Notes: generated from the sequence alone by a model not told the origin. A stretch of 64,000 nt of DNA from Prochlorococcus sp. AG-436-C13 (GCA_003212695.1 QCPC01000003.1:1141-65140), one strand, 5' to 3'. Shown: positions 22,359-33,738, counted from the first letter of the stretch. Translations and numbers: made by a program.

Positions 22359-23714
22359 ATGTTGCGTGTTGCGGTAATCGGTGGAGGCCCAAGTGGTTCC
22401 TGTGCAGCAGAAATCCTTGCAAAAGCAGGTATAAGCACATGGATATTTGAAAGAAAACTAGACAATGCCAAGCCATGCGGTGGAGCAATACCATTGTGCA
22501 TGGTTTCAGAATTTGATCTTCCTGATTCAATAATTGATAGGAAAGTCAGAAATATGAGAATGATTTCTCCCTCTAACCGAGAGGTGAACATTAGTCTTGA
22601 CAAAGTATACGGAGAAACAGACAACGAATATATAGGGATGTGCCGAAGAGAGGTAATGGATGCATTTATGCGAAATCGCGCTGCAGAATTAGGTGCAACC
22701 TTAATTAATGGACTTGTTACTAAGATCGAAACAGGAAACAATCGTCAAGGTCCGTACAAGCTTAGCTATTCCGATTATTCGAGCGGAGAATCAAAAGGCG
22801 AATCTAAAACTCTTGAAGTGGATTTAATAATTGGTGCTGATGGAGCTAATAGCCGCGTAGCCAAGGCAATGGATGCAGGAGATTATAACGTTGCAATTGC
22901 TTTTCAGGAGAGAATTAAATTGCCTGAAAAAGAAATGAATTACTACGAAGACCTAGCAGAGATGTATGTGGGAACAGACGTATCGCCTGATTTCTATGGA
23001 TGGGTTTTCCCTAAATATGATCATGTAGCAGTGGGCACAGGCACAATGCAAAAGAACCAATCCCTTATCAAAGGTTTACAAGTAGGTGTTAGGGAGAGGG
23101 CAAAAAAAAGATTAGTAAATGGAGAAGTTATAAAAGTAGAAGCTCATCCCATACCAGAACACCCTAGGCCTAGAAGAGTTGTAGGTGGTATGGCCCTTGT
23201 AGGAGATGCCGCAGGTTATGTCACAAAAAGCTCAGGAGAAGGCATCTACTTTGCTGCAAAAAGTGGGCGGATGTGTGCAGAACAAATAGTTGAATCAAGT
23301 GAAAGTGGCAAAATAATACCTACTGAAGCAGATCTGAAGAAATACATTAAAAAATGGGATAAGAAATATGGTGCAACCTATAAGGTTCTAGAAATACTGC
23401 AAAACATCTTTTATTCAAATGATGGTGCTAGAGAAGCTTTTGTTGAAATGTGTGATGACATAGATGTACAACGTCTTACTTTTGATAGCTACCTATACAA
23501 AACTGTTGTTGCAATGAAGCCACTACAGCAATTAAAACTTACATTTATGACCTTAGGATCTGTATTGAGAGGTAGAGCACTAGCTCCTAAAACATACAAA
23601 CCTGTTCCTAGTGCCGTAAGAAAAGAAGCTGAAGTCAACGAAATGTTAGCTGTAAGTACTATAAAAGGCGGTATTAATGTTGATGGATCAGCAGTAGCCA
23701 AAAGTAGGCAATAA
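22359..23714 (+). CDS. chlP: Geranylgeranyl reductase
   Basis: VIGGGPSG, KPCGGAIP, GADGANS, YGWVFPK and GDAAGYV...GEGIYFA motifs. Confidence 0.97.
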   Translation: MLRVAVIGGGPSGSCAAEILAKAGISTWIFERKLDNAKPCGGAIPLCMVSEFDLPDSIIDRKVRNMRMISPSNREVNISLDKVYGETDNEYIGMCRREVMDAFMRNRAAELGATLINGLVTKIETGNNRQGPYKLSYSDYSSGESKGESKTLEVDLIIGADGANSRVAKAMDAGDYNVAIAFQERIKLPEKEMNYYEDLAEMYVGTDVSPDFYGWVFPKYDHVAVGTGTMQKNQSLIKGLQVGVRERAKKRLVNGEVIKVEAHPIPEHPRPRRVVGGMALVGDAAGYVTKSSGEGIYFAAKSGRMCAEQIVESSESGKIIPTEADLKKYIKKWDKKYGATYKVLEILQNIFYSNDGAREAFVEMCDDIDVQRLTFDSYLYKTVVAMKPLQQLKLTFMTLGSVLRGRALAPKTYKPVPSAVRKEAEVNEMLAVSTIKGGINVDGSAVAKSRQ

Positions 23715-23741
23715 GGAATCAGACAGCTAATTGCAACATAT

Positions 23742-25907
23742 TTAATTATTAATAACATTGAAATCAGCAATTATATATGCCTGATTTCTTAATACTCCTA
23801 ACAAATTCAACCTATTTTCCCGAATTCTTAAATTTTCAGTCATTACCATAACACTTTGATCTCCATCGAAGAATTCAGATAGCACTTTCGAACTCGATGC
23901 TAATCCATTAGCCAACTCCTGATAGCGTTCTGGAGAATCACTTTTGGCTATAGGTTCAAGAAAATTAACCACCTCCAACATTGAACTTTCACTATCTTTT
24001 TCAAACAAAGATGTATCCACAATTTTAGATGCACTCAAAATATCTAAAGATAAAGAAGTCTTTTCTGCTAATTTTGAAGCCCGATTTACAACTGACTGGA
24101 CAAGATTTAAAGAGTTTGATTTTCGCATTTCAGTTAACAAGTCAACCCTTTTTAGAACATCACTAGGATCAGATAAAATTCTTCGATTAGAGATTGTTTC
24201 CCCCGAAACCGCATGAACCAAATCCAAATCATATCCTGATTCATCTAATAAATTAAAAATCCTCTGATGAAAAAACTCAAATATATCTTCCTTTATTTTC
24301 TTACTGTCAAATGTAAATGCCTGAAAATGATTGCTCCAATTATCTAAAGAAAAGCTCAACATCTCAAACAAATTTACTTTCAACTGTTTTTCCCAAATAA
24401 TTTGTACGACACCATTAGCGGCTCTACGTAAAGCATAAGGATCTGAAGATCCGCTTGGTCTTTCTCCTTTGGCATAAATACTTAGCAATAATTCAACTCT
24501 ATCCAAAATGGAAAGTGATGATCCTAATAATGATGCTGGCAAATTATCGCCCTGACCTCTTGGTAAATATTGCTCTAACACGGCCAAGGCAACCTCTCTA
24601 GGCTCACCTTCAGCAAGTAAATATTTACCGCCAATTATGCCTTGAAGTTCAGGGAATTCTCCAACCATATTACTCACAAGATCATGCTTACAAAGCTTGG
24701 CTGCTCTTCTTAAATGATCTAAATTAATATCCGAACAATTAAGATGCTCGATTAAAACATCTGCAAGCCATTCGATTCTTTTAACCCGATCAAATAATGA
24801 ACCTAAGCCATCTACAAAAGTAACTTTCTTTAGTTGCTCAATACGATCTAAACTAGAAGATGATCTATCAACATCTATAAAAAATTGAGCATCTGAAAAT
24901 CTAGCTTTTAAAACTCTCTGGTTACCTTCTTTAATAAGATCGTTTGATTTATTTAATCCGTTGCATACACATAAGAAATAAGGAGACAAAACATTCCTTG
25001 CATCTAAGGATAAAGGATCTATCTCAATATTTCTAACATAAAGAGGAATATATCTTTGATGCACTTTCATAACGGTACTCAGGACCTCGGGCGGAAGCCC
25101 TAAATAACATTGATCAAATTCCCCTCTAATCAAATAAGGGGACTCGACTAAATCAGTTAATTCATTTAATAAGTTACTTGTTAAATCAGCATTAACACAA
25201 AGTTCATTAGATGACTCTTGAACTAGATCTTTAATAATTTTTACTCGCTGTTCCCTATCAACAACAATCCCTGCCTCACGCATATCGGAATGATAACTAC
25301 TGGCAGACTTTATTGAGACATAATTGTGATTAAGCCTAAGTCCTCTGCTTAAAGAACCAGAAGTTACTTTTGGATCAGTGCCTATAAGCTCTATAAATAA
25401 TTCCTTTTCATCAATAAGTGATACAAGCCATCTTATAGGACGAGCAAAGCGCATATCGCCTACACCCCAATACATAAAACGATTACCCTGAAGCTTATTT
25501 ATCCATTTAGGGATCAATCTACTAAGAACAGCAAAAGAAGATTCTCCTTTTTCAACAATTTTCCCAAATAGAAATGAACCTTTAGGAGTCTCTCTTGCCT
25601 CCAAGTCATCAACAGAAATACCATATCGATTAGCAAATCCTATTGCAGCTTTAGTTGGCAATCCATTCTCCAATGCTTTTGTAGAAGGAGGTCCCTTACG
25701 TTCTTCTACAAAATCATCCGAAAACTCTGATACCCCCTTAACAAAAACCAGAATCCTTCTAGGGGTTGTAGAGCAACGTATTTCCTCGAATCCTAAGCGA
25801 GAATCATGAAAATCTCCTGTTACCAACTCCTCAAGTTGAGTAATAACTGATCGCGCAAACTGTGCAGGGAGCTCCTCAGTGCCAATTTCAAGTAAGAAGT
25901 TAGACAC
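23742..25907 (-). CDS. glyS: Glycyl-tRNA synthetase beta subunit
   Basis: LLEIGTEELP, TPRR, RFARPIRW, HQRY, EFPELQG and GSSDPYALRR motifs. Confidence 0.97.
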   Translation of the reverse strand: MSNFLLEIGTEELPAQFARSVITQLEELVTGDFHDSRLGFEEIRCSTTPRRILVFVKGVSEFSDDFVEERKGPPSTKALENGLPTKAAIGFANRYGISVDDLEARETPKGSFLFGKIVEKGESSFAVLSRLIPKWINKLQGNRFMYWGVGDMRFARPIRWLVSLIDEKELFIELIGTDPKVTSGSLSRGLRLNHNYVSIKSASSYHSDMREAGIVVDREQRVKIIKDLVQESSNELCVNADLTSNLLNELTDLVESPYLIRGEFDQCYLGLPPEVLSTVMKVHQRYIPLYVRNIEIDPLSLDARNVLSPYFLCVCNGLNKSNDLIKEGNQRVLKARFSDAQFFIDVDRSSSSLDRIEQLKKVTFVDGLGSLFDRVKRIEWLADVLIEHLNCSDINLDHLRRAAKLCKHDLVSNMVGEFPELQGIIGGKYLLAEGEPREVALAVLEQYLPRGQGDNLPASLLGSSLSILDRVELLLSIYAKGERPSGSSDPYALRRAANGVVQIIWEKQLKVNLFEMLSFSLDNWSNHFQAFTFDSKKIKEDIFEFFHQRIFNLLDESGYDLDLVHAVSGETISNRRILSDPSDVLKRVDLLTEMRKSNSLNLVQSVVNRASKLAEKTSLSLDILSASKIVDTSLFEKDSESSMLEVVNFLEPIAKSDSPERYQELANGLASSSKVLSEFFDGDQSVMVMTENLRIRENRLNLLGVLRNQAYIIADFNVINN

Positions 25908-25995
25908 AAAAATAAGAAATATTCAATAACACTTTATTGAAAATACAATTAAAAAGTATGATTGTTGTGTTTAGGTTTGATAAAAAAACCAATTC

Positions 25996-27792
25996 GTGAC
26001 AACAAAGAAATTAAAAGTTAATGAAAGTGACAAGGTAGATCTATACCCCTGCGTTGCAAATGGGCAAGACAGGGCCAAATTTGAACAATTTAAGGCTGAT
26101 AGTAATTTTCTAAAAGAGCCTCTTTCATCGGAACTCAAGAATGATTTAACAAATTTTTCACCAGACGGTGTTCAATTACTTAAGTTTCACGGAAGTTATC
26201 AACAAGACAATCGGGAAAATCGGCAAAAAGGGAAAGATAAAGATTGGCAAATGATGCTCAGGCTCAGAAGCCCAGGGGGATTTATACCTGGCTCATTGTT
26301 CATTGCACTTGACAATTTATCGAACCGCCTTGGTAACCAAACTCTTAGAGCAACCACAAGACAAGCTTTTCAAATGCACGGGATCAGAAAAGAAAATTTA
26401 AAAGAAGTAATAAATACGATTATTCAATCAATGGGATCAACCCTTGCTGCATGCGGAGATATAAATAGAAATGTAATGGCACCAGCAGCTCCTTTCCAAA
26501 AAGGAGGTTATCCTGCTGCTCGTAAATTAGCGAATGAGATAGCTGATTTATTGAGCCCTATGTCAGCAGAAGCGACATATTTAGAACTTTGGACTGATGG
26601 GAATCTAGCTTACAAAATCAAGCCGTCTAAAAAAGTCAAGGAAGCGAGAAAAGAACAATTCTCAAAAGGTATATTTAGTGGAAATAACGAAGAGCCTCTT
26701 TACGGTCAAACATACCTACCAAGAAAATTTAAATGTGCAGTAACTGTACCAGGGGATAATTCTGTTGATATTTTAACTCACGACATAGGTTTAGTAGCCT
26801 TTCCCGATGCTAATGGCGAAATAATCGGTTGCAATGTATATGTTGGTGGAGGCATGGGGAGAATGCATAATAGTGACACAACATTCGCTAGGGTTGCAGA
26901 CCCTCTTGGCTATGTAAAATCAAGCAATATATTAAATATAGTTCAATCTATACTTGCACTTCAAAGGGATTACGGAAATCGAAAACTAAGAAAGAATGCA
27001 AGAATGAAATATCTGCTTCACAAGCATGGTATTGAATGGTTTAAAGAAAAGCTTACAAAGACATACTTTAAACAAAAGCTAGAACCTTCTCAACCAGAAC
27101 CAAAGGCTAAACTAGAAGATTATTTAGGTTGGAGAAAACAATCAGAAAATCTTTGGTTTCTTGGCATACCGCTATTATCCGGTAGGCTTGGTGGCAAAAC
27201 GAAGATAAAGATTAGACAAATAGTTGAAAGATTCAAGCTAGACTTAAGACTAACTCCCAACCAAGACATATTACTTTGTAATATAGGAACCTTTCAACGC
27301 AACTCCATTACACAAGAACTAAAAGAAGCAGGTATAGATATTAAATTAAAGAAAAATAGCATTGCCAAGCACGCTCTTGCATGTCCAGCACTACCATTAT
27401 GTGGGTTAGCAATAACAGAAGCAGAAAGATTGCTCCCAAAAATAATTTGTCGCATAGAGGATCAATTAAACAGCATTGGGATTAAGGAGTCAATTCTTTT
27501 TAGAATGACAGGTTGTCCTAATGGTTGTGCTAGGCCTTACATGGCAGAGCTCGCATTAGTAGGTAGTGGTCCTGATCAATACCAACTGTGGCTAGGAGGA
27601 AGTTCAGATTTAAAAAGATTAGCTAAGCCTTATCTTCAAAGAATGCATATACAACAATTAGAAGAAGTTCTTGAACCATTATTTCTAAGCTGGAAAGACA
27701 CAGCTAAAGAGAATAGTTTTGGTGACCACATATGTAATTTAGGCGATCAAACTGTAACCAAATTACTTCATGCACCTTCCACAGCACCATAA
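25996..27792 (+). CDS. sir: Ferredoxin-sulfite reductase
   Basis: KFHGSYQQD, ACGDINRN, YLPRKFK; siroheme/Fe-S motifs CPALPLCGLA and TGCPNGCARP. Confidence 0.95.
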   Translation: MTTKKLKVNESDKVDLYPCVANGQDRAKFEQFKADSNFLKEPLSSELKNDLTNFSPDGVQLLKFHGSYQQDNRENRQKGKDKDWQMMLRLRSPGGFIPGSLFIALDNLSNRLGNQTLRATTRQAFQMHGIRKENLKEVINTIIQSMGSTLAACGDINRNVMAPAAPFQKGGYPAARKLANEIADLLSPMSAEATYLELWTDGNLAYKIKPSKKVKEARKEQFSKGIFSGNNEEPLYGQTYLPRKFKCAVTVPGDNSVDILTHDIGLVAFPDANGEIIGCNVYVGGGMGRMHNSDTTFARVADPLGYVKSSNILNIVQSILALQRDYGNRKLRKNARMKYLLHKHGIEWFKEKLTKTYFKQKLEPSQPEPKAKLEDYLGWRKQSENLWFLGIPLLSGRLGGKTKIKIRQIVERFKLDLRLTPNQDILLCNIGTFQRNSITQELKEAGIDIKLKKNSIAKHALACPALPLCGLAITEAERLLPKIICRIEDQLNSIGIKESILFRMTGCPNGCARPYMAELALVGSGPDQYQLWLGGSSDLKRLAKPYLQRMHIQQLEEVLEPLFLSWKDTAKENSFGDHICNLGDQTVTKLLHAPSTAP

Positions 27793-28487
27793 TAGGCAGC
27801 ATCTGATTTAGTTAGCCAGGCCCATAGTTGATCTCCAAAGCTAAAATGCCACCACTCATTAGGATGCTGAACAAATCCTGACTGCTGCATAATATCTCTC
27901 AGAAGTAGACGTCTAGAATGCCACAAATGAGCTGAAGACTTCTTTCCAAATTTTGCAAATTCCAAGTAATAATCTGGTTCTGATTCAGGTCCTATCCAAT
28001 CTATATCACCTCCCATATTCAAAGGAGATCCATTTTTTATCGAAAGGGTCAAGTCAATAGCCGCTCCTGTACTGTGAGGAGGAGGCATTTTCTTGTTCGT
28101 ACTTGGAAATGCCCAGAACTTATTTACTTTATTAGTAATATTGTTAAAATCCTTTTCGTTAGAATTGATAGTTACATCATTAGCAATACCCCTTGATATA
28201 CATTCTTGATTTATTGCGTATTCATACATAAACTTTTGAACTCTTATTGGTCGCCAGCAATCAAATACCAATAAAACAAGTTCAGGATATATAGACTGAA
28301 GAAATTCCTGAGAATAAATTAACCTTTGAATTACATTCTCTCTTAATTGCCAAGGGGAAATATTGTCTCCATAAGGTGCTCCTAAAACTTGATATTGATG
28401 AGGGTCTATACGCAAAAATTGAACAGGTAAATCTACAAGAGGTTCACTTGAATAAATTATTGGAATTTTTTGCCATTGTTTTAACAC
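27768..28487 (-). CDS. M15D D-Ala-D-Ala dipeptidase (VanX/DdpX-like)
   Basis: FDCWRP, PPHSTGAAIDL and EWWHFS motifs. Confidence 0.9.
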   Translation of the reverse strand: MLKQWQKIPIIYSSEPLVDLPVQFLRIDPHQYQVLGAPYGDNISPWQLRENVIQRLIYSQEFLQSIYPELVLLVFDCWRPIRVQKFMYEYAINQECISRGIANDVTINSNEKDFNNITNKVNKFWAFPSTNKKMPPPHSTGAAIDLTLSIKNGSPLNMGGDIDWIGPESEPDYYLEFAKFGKKSSAHLWHSRRLLLRDIMQQSGFVQHPNEWWHFSFGDQLWAWLTKSDAAYYGAVEGA

Positions 28488-28566
28488 AGAGATAACATCT
28501 AAAAGTCTTTCCTATAAAATATATATTTAAGTTATAAAGTGCATTAATAGAATAAGCAAAGTTTCT

Positions 28567-31092
28567 TTAATTAAGCTGACTTCTTGAAACAACTTTATCC
28601 CAATAATCATCTAACATTTCCCTAAGAAAGCTATTCTGAATCATTTCAGGATCTTTCTTTAGAAATTTAAAAGCCTCCTCTCTTGCAGACTTAAGAATTC
28701 CTTCATCATCAATAAGATTTGCCAAAGCAAAATCAGGAAGTCCTGATTGTCTTGTGCCTAAAACTTGTCCAGGGCCCCTTAAACGAAGATCAGTTTCTGA
28801 AATCTCAAATCCATCAGTAGAATTAACCAAAACCTCCAATCTGTTCTTTGATGTTCTTGTGCCAGCTGTATCTATAAGAATGCATTTAGAACTAAGAATA
28901 CCCCTACCAACACGTCCTCTCAATTGATGTAACTGAGCAAGACCAAATCTATCAGCATGGTCAATTACCATTACTGTTGCCTCTGAAACATCCACTCCAA
29001 CTTCAATAACTGTTGTAGAGACCAAAACTTGTATTTCCTTATTAGCAAATTTTTTAATAATGGACTTCTTATCATTACTATGCATCCTTCCATGCAATAA
29101 ACCCAAACTATAATTATTCAAATATTTAGTAGATAATTCATGAAATACGTCTATTGCTGAACGTAGTTCTAGTTTCTCAGAGACCTCTACCAAAGGTAGT
29201 ACGACATAAGCTTGATGCCCTAATTCAATCTCTTCTTTAATAACTTGATATGCATCTTCCCTTTGTGATTCTTGTATTAGTAAGGTTTTAATTGGCGTTC
29301 TTCCAGGTGGTAATTCATTAATCTGACTTACATCTAAATCCCCATGAATAGATAAAGCCAAGGTTCTTGGAATCGGAGTTGCAGTCATAGTTAAAAGATG
29401 GGGGTTAAGACCTTTATTAAGTAAAATATTTCTTTGATTAACACCAAAGCGATGCTGCTCATCAACCACTACCAGCCCCAAACATAAGAATGAGATTTTA
29501 TCTTCTAAAAGAGCATGGGTCCCAACAATGATTTTAAGGTTACCTGCAAGCAAATCATTTAAAATTCGCTTTCTATCTTTCAAGGGTGTTGAACCCGTAA
29601 GCAACTCTACGGTTACATGTAGATGAGGCAACCATTGACAAAGCATCAAATAATGTTGCTGAGCTAATACCTCAGTTGGAGCCATCAAAGCACCTTGCCA
29701 TCCAGATTCAACTGCATTTAATAATGAAGCTATAGCAACAACAGTCTTACCACTACCAACATCACCTTGTACTAAACGTGACATTGGCTTTGTTAATGAA
29801 AGATCTGATTGAATTTGTTGTAAAACCTGAGCCTGAGAATTTGTTAAAGAGAAAGGCAAGAGGTCCAAGAAACGACCAACCAAACCATCAGTTTCTTGAC
29901 AAATAGAGAGTGAAGGTGCCTTGCATTTTTCAAGTTCAAATCTACGTTTCAATAGACCAAGTTGTAAAAAGAAGAATTCATCAAAGACAAGTCTCCTTTT
30001 TGCTTCTGCTAGAGATTTAGAATTATTGGGTTGATGAATTTGCTTAATAGCATCTTGCTTACTTAATAAAGCAAGTGATTTAATTGTTTCAATTGGCAAG
30101 GGATCCCTAAAACTTCGAGCCAAGTATAATACTGATCTTATAAAAGCTCTTAGTTTTTCTGCCGATAGTCCTTCAGTCAAATGGTAAATAGGCAATAGAC
30201 GGCCTATACTTTTAGACTGCACAAGTGAATACTTATTTTCTAGTATTTCAATCAATGGATCAGTAAATGACATCCCATAATTAGTTGACTTAACTAGCCC
30301 ACTAACGGCAACAACCGCCCCTTTCGGATAATATGACTGCTGTTTCTTTAGAAAGGATATATGGCTAAATCTTTTTCCTATGAAGAATTTAGTAATCTTT
30401 ATTCGCCCTGTATTATCCTCAAGCTGAAGGTCCAGAATTGACAAGTTTTTATTACGTGGGCTTATATAAGAATTAGTTCTTCTTATTGTCGCAACTATGG
30501 TAGCCGTTTGTCCTTCCTCTAAAAATCCTATTCTTTTAAGAGCTGAATAATCAACATAATCTCTAGGATAGTACGCCAATAAATCATTAATTGTATAAAG
30601 GTCTAACGAAGCCAAAGTTTCAACCATCTTTGATCCAATACCTTGAACATCGACCAATTGACTGTTTATCGACAAACGTGATCGAGAACTTGTAGTAGAT
30701 ATTCGATTATCATCCTCTAGTTTAGATAGTCGTAAAATTGGAGCTGATATTGAAACTGGAATAGTATTGTCTTTCCTTAACTGTTCAAGGTACTTCCTTG
30801 TATCAATTACTAATCTTTTTTTAATTGAGATATCTTTTGATGGATAATCCTCGAAAGATTTAGATAAAAGATTCAACTTCTTATAGACTGCCTCTGAAAA
30901 AAGAGCAGATTTTAAAGATAAAATCTCTCTAGCGACAAAAGAACTAAAGACCTCACTCCTACCATGAATATTCCTGAATCCATTTTCGGCCTCAATAGTT
31001 AATCCTTTCTGGACAAAAGCAATCCAGCTATTTAACTCTTTAACGAGCTCTATAGTTTTTTGGACTGTTTTGTCTGAGTATTCTTCCACCAC
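28567..31092 (-). CDS. recG: ATP-dependent DNA helicase RecG
   Basis: YYPRDY.D, QGDVGSGKT, APTEVLA.QH, DEQHRFG, MTATPIPRTL and QLRGRVGRG motifs. Confidence 0.98.
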   Translation of the reverse strand: MVEEYSDKTVQKTIELVKELNSWIAFVQKGLTIEAENGFRNIHGRSEVFSSFVAREILSLKSALFSEAVYKKLNLLSKSFEDYPSKDISIKKRLVIDTRKYLEQLRKDNTIPVSISAPILRLSKLEDDNRISTTSSRSRLSINSQLVDVQGIGSKMVETLASLDLYTINDLLAYYPRDYVDYSALKRIGFLEEGQTATIVATIRRTNSYISPRNKNLSILDLQLEDNTGRIKITKFFIGKRFSHISFLKKQQSYYPKGAVVAVSGLVKSTNYGMSFTDPLIEILENKYSLVQSKSIGRLLPIYHLTEGLSAEKLRAFIRSVLYLARSFRDPLPIETIKSLALLSKQDAIKQIHQPNNSKSLAEAKRRLVFDEFFFLQLGLLKRRFELEKCKAPSLSICQETDGLVGRFLDLLPFSLTNSQAQVLQQIQSDLSLTKPMSRLVQGDVGSGKTVVAIASLLNAVESGWQGALMAPTEVLAQQHYLMLCQWLPHLHVTVELLTGSTPLKDRKRILNDLLAGNLKIIVGTHALLEDKISFLCLGLVVVDEQHRFGVNQRNILLNKGLNPHLLTMTATPIPRTLALSIHGDLDVSQINELPPGRTPIKTLLIQESQREDAYQVIKEEIELGHQAYVVLPLVEVSEKLELRSAIDVFHELSTKYLNNYSLGLLHGRMHSNDKKSIIKKFANKEIQVLVSTTVIEVGVDVSEATVMVIDHADRFGLAQLHQLRGRVGRGILSSKCILIDTAGTRTSKNRLEVLVNSTDGFEISETDLRLRGPGQVLGTRQSGLPDFALANLIDDEGILKSAREEAFKFLKKDPEMIQNSFLREMLDDYWDKVVSRSQLN

Positions 31093-32270
31093 TGTTCTCT
31101 AACTTCCTTGGCTAGTGATCTGCTTTGCCAATAATGTTGCTGTCGTACCATTTTAAGCAAAATATTTCTTTGTTGAGTCATTTTTTGCCTACATTGTCTA
31201 AGTTTTAGGTGATCAAACTCCAGCTCTGATATACGAATCAACAAACAAGACAAATCTATTTCATTCTTAGAAGCAGGGGTTATTGGTAAACGTATCTTAA
31301 GGACATTAGATGGTGCATTAACTGAATCTAGTTGCCCAGTTATTGCTGCATCCAGAAGTGTTGGTGGAATAAAGCTATTAATTAACCCTACCCGAATTAA
31401 TTCAATATTAATTAAATGAGAAAAATTTCTCATTCTTCTTACAAGAGCCGATTCTATTGAAAAAGACCACTTATAAAGTTCATCTGGAGTTTGAGGAAGT
31501 AATCTATCATTATGGTTTTGATCTTTGGAAGCAAAGGCTAAATTATCTTTATCTTCTATATTTCCATTTCCATTTCCATTTCCATTTCCATTTCCATTTT
31601 TTTTTCTAGGAGACAAGATATCACCAGCCATCATAAAAATAGACTTTATAACATCCAAGTTTTTTTGATCTGCTGAAATTTCAGATACTTCTTGATTAAT
31701 ATCAACTTGATCTAATTCATCATTAGAAATCTCATCAAACTCATCATCTGGTTCTGAGTTAAAAGAACAAGAAGAAATCAAATGATTTTGTGGCTCCCAA
31801 CTATTTATATCAATATTATTTTGAGTAGGTAATGAAAAACTTAATTTTATAGATTGAGAAGGAATTTCCTTATTTTGTACTTCATTATCATGAGATTTCT
31901 TTTCTATGTCTTCACTAAAAAGTCTATTATCATTAGATAATAATGTGTTATCGTTATCCAAATCACTTGAAAAAATAACTAAATTTTCAATTGTTAGTAG
32001 TGAAATATATTCTGAAATGATCTGATTAATTCTTCTTTGAAAAGATACTTTCTTATCCTCTATAGAAAGTATATTAGGATTAGTTTTGTTGGACAAAACT
32101 ATTTGGAATACTGCTTCCTTTACAGCATCAGGAAGAATTGATCTAATTAATTGCAAATAAAAAGCATTAACTTTATACAAATCTGATTTAAAATTATCAC
32201 ATTTCAGATTAAGCAATTCCAGTTGCTTAAAAGGGTCATAAGAAGACCGTTTTTCAAAATTTGATGTCAA
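31050..32270 (-). CDS. Conserved picocyanobacterial hypothetical protein between tsf and recG
   Basis: 406 aa ORF with an acidic low-complexity middle and a helical C-terminus; no catalytic motif recognised. Confidence 0.8.
   Translation of the reverse strand: MTSNFEKRSSYDPFKQLELLNLKCDNFKSDLYKVNAFYLQLIRSILPDAVKEAVFQIVLSNKTNPNILSIEDKKVSFQRRINQIISEYISLLTIENLVIFSSDLDNDNTLLSNDNRLFSEDIEKKSHDNEVQNKEIPSQSIKLSFSLPTQNNIDINSWEPQNHLISSCSFNSEPDDEFDEISNDELDQVDINQEVSEISADQKNLDVIKSIFMMAGDILSPRKKNGNGNGNGNGNGNIEDKDNLAFASKDQNHNDRLLPQTPDELYKWSFSIESALVRRMRNFSHLINIELIRVGLINSFIPPTLLDAAITGQLDSVNAPSNVLKIRLPITPASKNEIDLSCLLIRISELEFDHLKLRQCRQKMTQQRNILLKMVRQQHYWQSRSLAKEVREQWWKNTQTKQSKKL
31561..31605. repeat. (TTTCCA)6 microsatellite plus T9 tract, encoding KKNGNGNGNGNGN
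   Basis: Six perfect TTTCCA units at 31561-31596 followed by nine T. Confidence 0.9.
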
Positions 32271-32274
32271 AATA

Positions 32275-32928
32275 TTATGAAGACATAGAAGCTACTTCTG
32301 CAGCAAAATCAGATTCCTCTATTTCTATACCTTCCCCAAGTGTATAACGAGTAAATCTCCTAACCTTAAGATTCTCTCCTATTTGTCCTGCTACTTGTTT
32401 TACAAGCTGCTCAACTGATATGGAGCTATCACGAATAAATGGTTGTTCTATTAATGCCAATTCCCTCAACCTTTTAGATATTCTTCCTTCTACTATCTTT
32501 GTCTTAATTTGTTCTGGTTTTCCAGCTAGATCATCTCTTCCCATCTCTACAGATTTTTCCTTTTCTACAATTTCATCTGGAATATCTTCAACAGTTACAT
32601 ATTCAACATTAGGGCATGCAGCAACTTGCATTGCTATGTCTTTTAAAAGACCTTGGAATATTTCTCCACGAGCAACAAAATCAGTCTCACAATTCAACTC
32701 AAGGAGTACACCTACTCTAGATCCCGTATGTATATAACTCCCGATAGCGCCTTCTGCAGCAACTCTTCCTGATTTTTTCTCTGCACTAGCTATTCCTTTT
32801 TGTCTCAACCATTCAATAGCCTTTGTTATATCTCCATCTGATGCTCCTAACGCCTTTTTGCAATCCATCATTCCTGCTCCTGTTTTATCTCTAAGATCTT
32901 TAACAAGCTTTGCTGTAATGTCAGCCAT
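32275..32928 (-). CDS. tsf: Elongation factor Ts
   Basis: [20 protein letters not shown] and [10 protein letters not shown] motifs. Confidence 0.98.
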   Translation of the reverse strand: MADITAKLVKDLRDKTGAGMMDCKKALGASDGDITKAIEWLRQKGIASAEKKSGRVAAEGAIGSYIHTGSRVGVLLELNCETDFVARGEIFQGLLKDIAMQVAACPNVEYVTVEDIPDEIVEKEKSVEMGRDDLAGKPEQIKTKIVEGRISKRLRELALIEQPFIRDSSISVEQLVKQVAGQIGENLKVRRFTRYTLGEGIEIEESDFAAEVASMSS

Positions 32929-32958
32929 TTTTTTAAATGTGAAAAATTAAAATATGCC

Positions 32959-32993
32959 GTTTGTTTTTGTATTTAGGGCAATAGCAAACAAAC
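32959..32993 (-). promoter_or_regulatory. Intercistronic hairpin between rpsB and tsf
   Basis: GTTTGTTT ... AAACAAAC inverted repeat in the intergenic gap. Confidence 0.4.
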
Positions 32994-33012
32994 CCCTAAG
33001 AAAAGATTAAAC

Positions 33013-33729
33013 CTAAGAATATTTTTGTCTATTACGCTGCTCATTAGAACCGTGTCTTCCCTCATTTATTGCATCAGCAAGTCTTCCAAGGACAAGTTGA
33101 ACAGATCTTACGGCATCGTCATTACAGGGAATAGGTACTTCACATAAATCTGGGTCACAATTCGTATCTAACATTGACACTAAAGGTATGTCTAATTTCC
33201 TAGCCTCAAGAACTGCATTGGTTTCTCTTCTTTGATCAACTAAAACAACTACATCTGGTAATCGCTTCATTCCTTTTAAACCTCCAAGATACTTTTGCAA
33301 TCTTTCCAATTCATGTCTTAATACTGAAGCCTCTTTCTTTGGCCTCATCGCAATAGCACCAGAAGACTCCATTCTTTCAAGATCCTTCAATCGGTCTATT
33401 CTTGCTTTCATGGTTGTCCAATTTGTCAGCATTCCGCCGAGCCATCGTTGGTTCACATAAGAAGCTCCACATTTCAAGGCTTCTTGAGCTACTACTTCTG
33501 ACGCTTGTTTTTTTGTTCCTACAAATAAAAATCTCTTTCCACTTTTAGCTGCACTCCTTGTCCACTTATAAGCATTGTTCATACATACTGCAGTTTTAAC
33601 AAGATCAATAATATGTACACCATTTCTCGCACAATATATGTAACGAGACATTTTAGGGTTCCATCTTCTGGTCTGATGTCCAAAATGAGCACCAGCCTCC
33701 ATCATCTCTGAGAGAGTTACAACAGCCAT
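33013..33729 (-). CDS. rpsB: 30S ribosomal protein S2
   Basis: [31 protein letters not shown] and PCNDDA motifs. Confidence 0.99.
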   Translation of the reverse strand: MAVVTLSEMMEAGAHFGHQTRRWNPKMSRYIYCARNGVHIIDLVKTAVCMNNAYKWTRSAAKSGKRFLFVGTKKQASEVVAQEALKCGASYVNQRWLGGMLTNWTTMKARIDRLKDLERMESSGAIAMRPKKEASVLRHELERLQKYLGGLKGMKRLPDVVVLVDQRRETNAVLEARKLDIPLVSMLDTNCDPDLCEVPIPCNDDAVRSVQLVLGRLADAINEGRHGSNEQRNRQKYS

Positions 33730-33738
33730 TGTTAATAG

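Noticed and set aside
31050-32270. Adenylate cyclase label sometimes attached to this gene family
   Set aside because: No class III cyclase or CYTH catalytic motif is visible.
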